This document shows, one piece after another, positions 57,263 to 64,000 of a stretch of 64,000 nt of DNA. A program made the translations under genes and the position numbers. Every line of letters starts with the position of its first letter. The first letter of the stretch is position 1. This stretch comes from a virus (Duplodnaviria > Caudoviricetes): IMG/VR virus record IMGVR_UViG_2706796257_000001, positions 64,001 to 128,000 of that record, one strand, 5' to 3'. The notes beneath the pieces are model-generated. The model worked only from the letters and a program-made list of their open reading frames with translations, did not search any database and was not told where the DNA came from.

Positions 57263-57915
57263 TGAGCGTAATGAGTACTAAAGCGGGTGTTAAATCCCGC
57301 TATTCTGATAATATTCAGTTTATACCTTCGCCTAACAATAACGATGTAATGAGTAAGCAACCGTACGGTAGCTTAACAATTTCTGAGTATTCAAAAGGCA
57401 TTGAATTCCCTAACGTACAATCAGCAATTAATGATGTTAGAAATTTTACCATTCGTCCTATAAATTCTATAGAAATTAACACAGACGGCGTTTCTCCAGA
57501 AGGAATTTCTCAAACCGACACCTGGACATTCGCTGGTACAGTAGTTAAACCGGATGGAGCTACTGGCGATGCTATTATTTCTGTGTTCGGTTTTCCGGTG
57601 ACAGTAACTGTTGGAGATACTGCCGAAGAAGTTACCGCAAAAGCTAAATTAGTTTTGGAAGATGCAGTTCTTAAAAATTTCATTATTAACACAGTTTCGC
57701 AAGGGTTGACTGGGGCTGAACTTACAGTTTCTTATATTGATAACCAAACTCATGTTCTTAAACCAGAAACACGTTTTGGCATTACAGTAAGTTCAACTAT
57801 CATATCTCCAGCTAAACCGGGCTATGGAGCTTGGACACGTATAGGAACAAAAACCGAAACATTAGAAGGTTCAGCGGACCCGGTATTGTTGCACTACTTT
57901 AAGAGATTAGCATAA
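57262..57915 (+). CDS. 11: Baseplate pin gp11
   Basis: KAGV.SR, PNVQSAI.D, synteny. Confidence 0.95.
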   Translation: MSVMSTKAGVKSRYSDNIQFIPSPNNNDVMSKQPYGSLTISEYSKGIEFPNVQSAINDVRNFTIRPINSIEINTDGVSPEGISQTDTWTFAGTVVKPDGATGDAIISVFGFPVTVTVGDTAEEVTAKAKLVLEDAVLKNFIINTVSQGLTGAELTVSYIDNQTHVLKPETRFGITVSSTIISPAKPGYGAWTRIGTKTETLEGSADPVLLHYFKRLA

Positions 57916-59339
57916 TGCAAAACAACACTCTAAAACACATATCAGATGAATCCAAATATGTAACATTTGACCCAACTAATAGTGGTTTTAATGAAAATAT
58001 AACTAATGTGCAGGATGCTTTATCTGCTATTAGCGTTGATGGTATTTCAGGAGTTCCACAAGCTACGGAAACTGTCGCAGGTAAAGCTAGAATTGCAACT
58101 CAATTGGAAGTCGACGCTGGTGTTTCTGCGGATACATTTATAACACCAGCAACGTTATCATATAGGATGCAACGTCCAGAAGCGAGTACAACTGTACTTG
58201 GTGTAACTCAATATGCGACTGATGAAGAGGCTATAGCTGGAACTGCTACAAACCGCACTATTGTTGCGTCATCGTTGAAGGCCACAATAGATAATGTTTT
58301 TACAGTCAGAACATCAACTGAAACTTCCAACGGTGTTTTAAAAATATCATCTACACCAGCTGCTCAAGCCGGTGTAGATGATACTACAGCAATGACACCA
58401 TTAAAAACCAAACAAGCTATAGCTGCAGCAACTGCTCTTATTCCAGCTTGGGGACCTGCTACTGAATCAGAGCAAGGTGTAGTTCGTTTGGCAACATTGT
58501 CTCAATTAAGAGACCCTAATATAAGAGACGGTTATTCAGTGTCTCCATTTACGTTGAATCAGTGGCAATCTACTGAGTCAAATTTAGGTGCTATTAAGCT
58601 TGCAACATCAGGTCATATGGATGGAGGTTCTGACCATACAACTGCTGTAACTCCATATCGTTTTGCTTCCACTAGAGCGACAACAGGAAGAGCAGGGACA
58701 ACTATTTTGTCCAATGATTTGAATGGAGATGATTCTAAAGCATTATCAGCTAACTCAGCAGTTCTTCCAAGTAATAGGGCAGCAGTATCAGCTGGAGTAT
58801 ATGAACATGATACTGCCGCTGATAACAAGTACATGACACGAAATAATCTTAAAGCTTATTTACCTGTTGGTACTATGACACTTGCTGCTTATAATTACGA
58901 CACCGGTAATTGCTTGAAATGTAATGGCCGTTGGTTAAACAAGCATCAATGGCCTGAATTATTTGCTGTCATTGGATTTACTTACGGCGGAGATTGGGGA
59001 GATAACTTTGCTATTCCTGATATGCGAGGCTTAGTTCCGCGTGGATTTGATGATGGTCGTGGACTGGACCCGGGCCGAGGCTTTGGTAGTTATCAAGAAG
59101 ACACGATGCAGCAAATAACTGCCGGATGGACAATGGATGACCAAGCAGTAACTTCAAACTATCCTCCTTCGGGAGCCTGTGAAGCTAGAGATTATGGCTC
59201 TGTCAACTATGACGCAGGTTCTGATGATAGAAAATGGCGCGGATTTAGAATGTATTTCGACTCAGCTAGACAAACTCGAGTTTCTCATGAAACTCGTCAG
59301 AAGAACCTTGCACTTAACTATGTAATTGTAGCTCGATAA
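57915..59339 (+). CDS. 12: Short tail fibre gp12
   Basis: NNT..HISDES.YV.FDP, AT...G repeats, collar PDMRG...RG. Confidence 0.95.
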   Translation: MQNNTLKHISDESKYVTFDPTNSGFNENITNVQDALSAISVDGISGVPQATETVAGKARIATQLEVDAGVSADTFITPATLSYRMQRPEASTTVLGVTQYATDEEAIAGTATNRTIVASSLKATIDNVFTVRTSTETSNGVLKISSTPAAQAGVDDTTAMTPLKTKQAIAAATALIPAWGPATESEQGVVRLATLSQLRDPNIRDGYSVSPFTLNQWQSTESNLGAIKLATSGHMDGGSDHTTAVTPYRFASTRATTGRAGTTILSNDLNGDDSKALSANSAVLPSNRAAVSAGVYEHDTAADNKYMTRNNLKAYLPVGTMTLAAYNYDTGNCLKCNGRWLNKHQWPELFAVIGFTYGGDWGDNFAIPDMRGLVPRGFDDGRGLDPGRGFGSYQEDTMQQITAGWTMDDQAVTSNYPPSGACEARDYGSVNYDAGSDDRKWRGFRMYFDSARQTRVSHETRQKNLALNYVIVAR

Positions 59340-59349
59340 AGAGGAAAGT

Positions 59350-60741
59350 ATGGAATTAAAGCCATTACCGTTTGTTAATGGCCTTCCAGAAGAAGGCCAA
59401 CAGCGTATAAATTGGATTAAAAATGGGGAGGAACTAACTGGTGCCAGCACGAAATTTGGTACTGATGGTGAACTGAACCGTGGACCCAACCAAGTACAGG
59501 CTAACGTGGTTGTTTTGGATGAAAACGTTAGAAAAATTGGAACGGCTTCTACTGAGATGTCGGCTCAAATAAAAACAATTAATAGCATTTTAGAAGTTTC
59601 TGATAATACAGAAGCTTTGTCCCAAATTGGTAAAAATACAACAGACATCGGTTTATTAAAGCAGTCTGTTACTACTATTCAAGACGGAGTTCTTGAACTT
59701 GATACTAGAACAACTTTCATTGAAGAAGATATTGGAGTTTTTAATTCTTCTTTAGATAGTGTTCATCGTCCTATTCGTGACGATTTATACTGGATTAAAA
59801 AAGAAATTGGCCAATATCCGGGCCAGGATATAAATGGACAAGCTGTAACCGGAAATGAAGCGACCGGGATGAAACGCCGAATTATTAATAACTCTTCAGC
59901 AATTAATAATAACAATGAGCGTTTATCTAAACTCGAGAAATCTTTTTCCGATTCGGATGTAGGTTCTTTAACATCTGAAGTTACCAGCATTAGGGCAGAA
60001 TTAGGGCCGAAGCCTACTGGAACTATTGACCCAATATATTCCCGTTTAACAAAAATGAATGGTAGTATTGGCGGTCTTGCTATTAACATGGAAGACGTCA
60101 TGGATTCCATAGGATATAACTCCGGTGTAACAAGCATTATTGGATTAGTAAATACAAACACTTCCGATATTGTTGGTATAAATGGAAAATTATCTAACTC
60201 AACTACGGGAGTTATACCAAGATTAGATATTGTTGAAGCTAAAATCGGAGACGATGCTTCTACAAATTCAATCAATGGAAGAATAAAAACAAACACTAAT
60301 TCAATTAACAATTTAAATCAAATTGTTGGGGCTGATACTTCTTCCGGATTGAGGGGACAAGTAGCCTGGATAAATCAAACAGTAGGTATTGTTCCTAGTG
60401 GTTCTTCTCCATCTCCGACTTCTGTGATTTATAGAGTAGACCATTTAGAAACTCAACAAGATGCTACTAATAGTTCAATTCAAGATTTACAAATTGAAAT
60501 TGGTAATAACACTGAGGGACTTAAAGGTCAAGTAATTCGTTTAAATACTACTATTAATGGTACTTCTTCTGGCGGGACAGTAGAACAAAAAGGATTGCTT
60601 CCTACGGTCAAAGAGCACGAAGAAAGTATCGATAAAATAAACCTAGATATGCAAAATCTTATTCCAGAAGCCCCGATGGACGGAAAGGCTTATGTGCGTA
60701 GAGATGGTGCATGGGTTGATATTACAACTTTAACTCCATAA
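59350..60741 (+). CDS. wac: Fibritin (whiskers)
   Basis: LPFV.G.P..GQ.RI.WI, C-terminal foldon IPEAP.DG.AYVR.DG.WV. Confidence 0.98.
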   Translation: MELKPLPFVNGLPEEGQQRINWIKNGEELTGASTKFGTDGELNRGPNQVQANVVVLDENVRKIGTASTEMSAQIKTINSILEVSDNTEALSQIGKNTTDIGLLKQSVTTIQDGVLELDTRTTFIEEDIGVFNSSLDSVHRPIRDDLYWIKKEIGQYPGQDINGQAVTGNEATGMKRRIINNSSAINNNNERLSKLEKSFSDSDVGSLTSEVTSIRAELGPKPTGTIDPIYSRLTKMNGSIGGLAINMEDVMDSIGYNSGVTSIIGLVNTNTSDIVGINGKLSNSTTGVIPRLDIVEAKIGDDASTNSINGRIKTNTNSINNLNQIVGADTSSGLRGQVAWINQTVGIVPSGSSPSPTSVIYRVDHLETQQDATNSSIQDLQIEIGNNTEGLKGQVIRLNTTINGTSSGGTVEQKGLLPTVKEHEESIDKINLDMQNLIPEAPMDGKAYVRRDGAWVDITTLTP

Positions 60742-60745
60742 TATA

Positions 60746-60763
60746 AAGGGCCGAAAGGCCCTT
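60746..60763 (+). terminator. Hairpin after wac
   Basis: AAGGGCC-GAAA-GGCCCTT. Confidence 0.7.
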
Positions 60764-60772
60764 GAGGTACTT

Positions 60773-61702
60773 ATGTCTATTCACGCTCCACAAAACCCTA
60801 AAGAATTAAAAGACGCTATTTTAACTAGACTTGGCGCTCCAATTTTAAATGTTGAACTCACAGAAGACATGATTTATAATTGCATTCAAAGAGCGCTTGA
60901 ATTATTCGGAGAGTATCATTATGATGGTTTAAATAAAGGCTATCATATGTTTTATATTGGTGATGATGAAGAACTTTATAAGCATGGAGTATTTGATTTA
61001 AGAGGTTCAAATATTTTTGCTGTAACTAAGATAGTTCGCACTAATGTTGGCTCTATTACTTCTATGGACGGAAACGCGACTTATCCATGGTTTACTGATT
61101 TTTTATTAGGAATGGCTGGTATAAATGGCGGAATGGGAAGTTCTTGTAACAAATTTTACGGCCCTAACGCTTTTGGTGCAGACTTGGGGTATTTTACTCA
61201 GTTAATGACTTATATGACTATGATGCAAGACATGCTGTCTCCATTGCCAGATTATTGGTACAATGGAGCTAATGAGCAATTAAAGGTCATGGGTAATTTC
61301 CAGAAACACGATATTATTATCATAGAAGTTTTTACACTAGCTTATTCGGGAGTTGATAAAACTGCTGGAAACAAAGCTGACTATGGATACGCAGGTAAAG
61401 CTGACCAATGGTCTATTTCTGACCAATGGGATAATATGGACAGGTCTTTGCCACAACGGCGTGCAGGAGAAGATGCAAACGTTAAGCAGGGCGCATATAA
61501 TAATCGTTGGGTAAAAGATTATGCGACTACCTTAGCGAAAGAACTTCTAGGCCAGGTTTTAGCTAAACACCAAGGAATGCAATTACCCGGTGGAGTCACT
61601 CTAAACGGAGAGAGATTGTTAGACGAAGCTGAAAGAGAAAAAGAAAGATTGCGGGAAGAATTATATTTACTCGATCCTCCTTTTGGGATTTTGATTGGTT
61701 AA
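60773..61702 (+). CDS. 13: Neck protein gp13
   Basis: [23 protein letters not shown]. Confidence 0.98.
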   Translation: MSIHAPQNPKELKDAILTRLGAPILNVELTEDMIYNCIQRALELFGEYHYDGLNKGYHMFYIGDDEELYKHGVFDLRGSNIFAVTKIVRTNVGSITSMDGNATYPWFTDFLLGMAGINGGMGSSCNKFYGPNAFGADLGYFTQLMTYMTMMQDMLSPLPDYWYNGANEQLKVMGNFQKHDIIIIEVFTLAYSGVDKTAGNKADYGYAGKADQWSISDQWDNMDRSLPQRRAGEDANVKQGAYNNRWVKDYATTLAKELLGQVLAKHQGMQLPGGVTLNGERLLDEAEREKERLREELYLLDPPFGILIG

Positions 61703-61718
61703 TTGAGAGGAATTAAAA

Positions 61719-62489
61719 ATGATGAATAATAATTTATTCGCAAAGTTAGAAAATAAAAACGGATATGAAAAAACAAATGTTGCTAATATTCTCAATCCGT
61801 ATGTAAATTTTAACGGGCATAAAAACACCCAATCATTGGCAGACACTCTTGTAGCTGAATCAATTCAAATGCGCGGCGTGGAATGCTATTATATTCCAAG
61901 AGAATATGTTAAACCTGACCAGTTATTTGGAGAAGACTTACAAAATAAATTTACTAAAGCTTGGATGTTTGCTGCTTATGTTAACTCATTTGAAGGATAT
62001 GAAGGAGCTAACTCATTTTTTAGTAAATTCGGTATGCAAGTTTCCGACGAAATAACTTTATCTATAAATCCTGGATTATTTAAGCACCAAACCAATGGAA
62101 CTGAGCCAAAGGAAGGAGATTTAATTTATTTCAAAATGGATAATAGTTTGTTTGAAATAAATTGGGTTGAACCTTACGACCCGTTCTACCAAGTTGGAAC
62201 TAACTCAATTCGTAAAATAACAGCAGGTAAATTTATTTACTCAGGCGAAGAACTTAATCCAGAATTGCAAAAAAATCCTGGTATTGAAATTCCAGAATTT
62301 AGCGAATTGGATTTATCTCCGGTTAAAAATCTTGATGGTCTTGCTGATATTGGAGAAATTCAATATGAGGAAGTCGACCAGATTAATAAAGAAGCTTCTG
62401 AATTTGTTAAAGAATATGTAGTAATAAACGGACGCGGCATTAATGACCCGCAGAACGCTAGCCCATTTGATGATGGTTTTATGTCATAA
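61719..62489 (+). CDS. 14: Neck protein gp14
   Basis: [17 protein letters not shown]. Confidence 0.98.
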   Translation: MMNNNLFAKLENKNGYEKTNVANILNPYVNFNGHKNTQSLADTLVAESIQMRGVECYYIPREYVKPDQLFGEDLQNKFTKAWMFAAYVNSFEGYEGANSFFSKFGMQVSDEITLSINPGLFKHQTNGTEPKEGDLIYFKMDNSLFEINWVEPYDPFYQVGTNSIRKITAGKFIYSGEELNPELQKNPGIEIPEFSELDLSPVKNLDGLADIGEIQYEEVDQINKEASEFVKEYVVINGRGINDPQNASPFDDGFMS

Positions 62490-62536
62490 ATATAATTATA
62501 AACATACTAGGCCCTTAGTGGCCTTTGGAGAAAAAA

Positions 62537-63376
62537 TTGTTCGGACATTTTTATAACTCGTCTTTCAGACGGTACATTTTGCTTATGGGTGATTTATTCT
62601 CTAATATTCAAGTAGCAAGAACCCGCGAAGACACTGGAACTAGATACATAAAAGTCCCTGTTACTTATGCATCAAAAGAACATTTTATGATGAAACTTAA
62701 CAAATGGACTTCAGTTAACTCTCAACAAGATGTTGCTAAGGTTGAAACAATTCTTCCACGAATTAATTTACATCTCGTTGATGTTATGTATAACGGAACA
62801 TATAAAACTAATATATCTAATAGGACTGCTCTTCAACAAGCTGATCCTAAACCAACTACTATTTCTCAATTTAATCCAACTCCATATAAAATGATTTTTG
62901 AATTGGGAATTTTTACGCGGTATGAAGATGATATGTATCAAATTGTTGAGCAGATACTTCCATATTTTCAACCTCATTTCAACACTACAATGACCGAACA
63001 ATTCGGTGATGAGATTGAATTCGAACGAGATATTAGAATTGTTTTTCAATCTATATCAGTAGATGAACAAATTGATGGAGACAACATCAGTAGACGTAGA
63101 CTTGAATGGTCTATTATGTTTGAAGTTCAAGGCTGGATGTATCCGCCGCAGCGTGATATTAAAGGCGAAATCAGAACAGTTTATTTGGATTTTCATGCTA
63201 ATACCCGTGAATTAGTTCCAGAAGGAATTTTCGAATCCGTTGACTCAGAAGTTGAACCACGGGATGTCAATGTTCAGGATTGGAACGGAGACTCTAAACA
63301 AACTTATTCTTCTAATATACCTATTCCTACTCCGCCTGCCCCTCCAGGGCCAAGAATTATAAAAGAAGATGATTAG
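62537..63376 (+). CDS. 15: Tail sheath stabiliser gp15
   Basis: TTG start after GGAG; FG.FYNSSFRRY. Confidence 0.97.
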   Translation: MFGHFYNSSFRRYILLMGDLFSNIQVARTREDTGTRYIKVPVTYASKEHFMMKLNKWTSVNSQQDVAKVETILPRINLHLVDVMYNGTYKTNISNRTALQQADPKPTTISQFNPTPYKMIFELGIFTRYEDDMYQIVEQILPYFQPHFNTTMTEQFGDEIEFERDIRIVFQSISVDEQIDGDNISRRRLEWSIMFEVQGWMYPPQRDIKGEIRTVYLDFHANTRELVPEGIFESVDSEVEPRDVNVQDWNGDSKQTYSSNIPIPTPPAPPGPRIIKEDD

Positions 63377-63385
63377 TGAGGAAAA

Positions 63386-63883
63386 ATGAGCGAACAATTA
63401 GATATTACCAAACTCTTAGATATCGGGGACCTCCCCGGCATTGATGGGGAAGAAACTCCGGTATATGAAAAATTAGAATTAGTAGAAGTAAAAAGTAATC
63501 CAAATGACCGTAAACCAGACTTAGAAGATGATTACACGGTCGTTCGTAAAAACATGCATTTTCAACAACAGATGTTGATGGACGCCGCAAAAATATTTTT
63601 AGAGACTGCTAAAAACGCGGATAGTCCAAGACACATGGAAGTATTTGCTACTTTAATGGGTCAGATGACGACTACTAACAAAGAAATTCTAAAACTTCAC
63701 AAAGAGATGAAAGAAATTACTGCCGAAAACGTTGGAACGCAAGGCGGCAATCAAACTAATAACATTGAAAACGCAACGTTCTATATGAGTTCTCCTACTG
63801 ACCTGATGGACGAATTAGGAGATTCGTATGAATCTCAAGAGCGTCAGGAGAAATTAGTAAATGGAACAGACTCAACCGTATAA
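63386..63883 (+). CDS. 16: Terminase small subunit gp16
   Basis: [26 protein letters not shown]. Confidence 0.98.
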   Translation: MSEQLDITKLLDIGDLPGIDGEETPVYEKLELVEVKSNPNDRKPDLEDDYTVVRKNMHFQQQMLMDAAKIFLETAKNADSPRHMEVFATLMGQMTTTNKEILKLHKEMKEITAENVGTQGGNQTNNIENATFYMSSPTDLMDELGDSYESQERQEKLVNGTDSTV

Positions 63884-64000
63884 CGTTCTGAATGACGCTC
63901 ATCCGCTGAATGATGCCAATAAAATTGTAATTAAACACCCAGGTCAGCTAGAAAGAATGGTTGACCAAGGAATTAATTGGATTAAATCGCAGTGGGACGA
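63861..64000 (+). CDS. 17: Terminase large subunit gp17 (5' part only)
   Basis: [17 protein letters not shown]...WIKSQWD overlapping gene 16. Confidence 0.92.
   Translation, partial: MEQTQPYNVLNDAHPLNDANKIVIKHPGQLERMVDQGINWIKSQWD

Overview
64-kb internal segment of a lytic T4-like (Tevenvirinae) myovirus genome, collinear with T4 from gene 43 to the start of gene 17. The three tRNAs (Arg-TCT, Gln-TTG, CAT) and the AT-rich composition resemble Salmonella phage S16-type genomes, but that assignment is from memory and unverified. The minus strand (1-45.3 kb) carries the replisome and recombination genes (43, regA, 62, 44, 45, rpbA, 46, 47), late sigma 55, anaerobic RNR (nrdH/G/D), nrdC, a hyperplastic accessory region, rI, tk, vs, regB, e, the tRNA cluster, internal proteins, 57B/57A, 1, 3, 2 and 4. 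The plus strand (45.3-64 kb) carries baseplate, short fibre, neck and terminase genes (53, 5-12, wac, 13-17). Main oddities: (1) the gene 49 (endonuclease VII) slot holds a 361-aa GIY-YIG nuclease with a 49-like late promoter/hairpin and nrdD junction; (2) an HNH gene sits between regA and gene 43; (3) a Mod-like ADP-ribosyltransferase appears to have split an early promoter; (4) acb2, the tk.4 macrodomain and one hypothetical gene are frameshifted while all core genes are intact; (5) five capsid-targeted internal proteins; (6) a tRNA-Arg with a compensated U19-A56 elbow; (7) three candidate structured non-coding RNAs. Homology calls are from recognition of T4 proteins and motifs; no searches were run.
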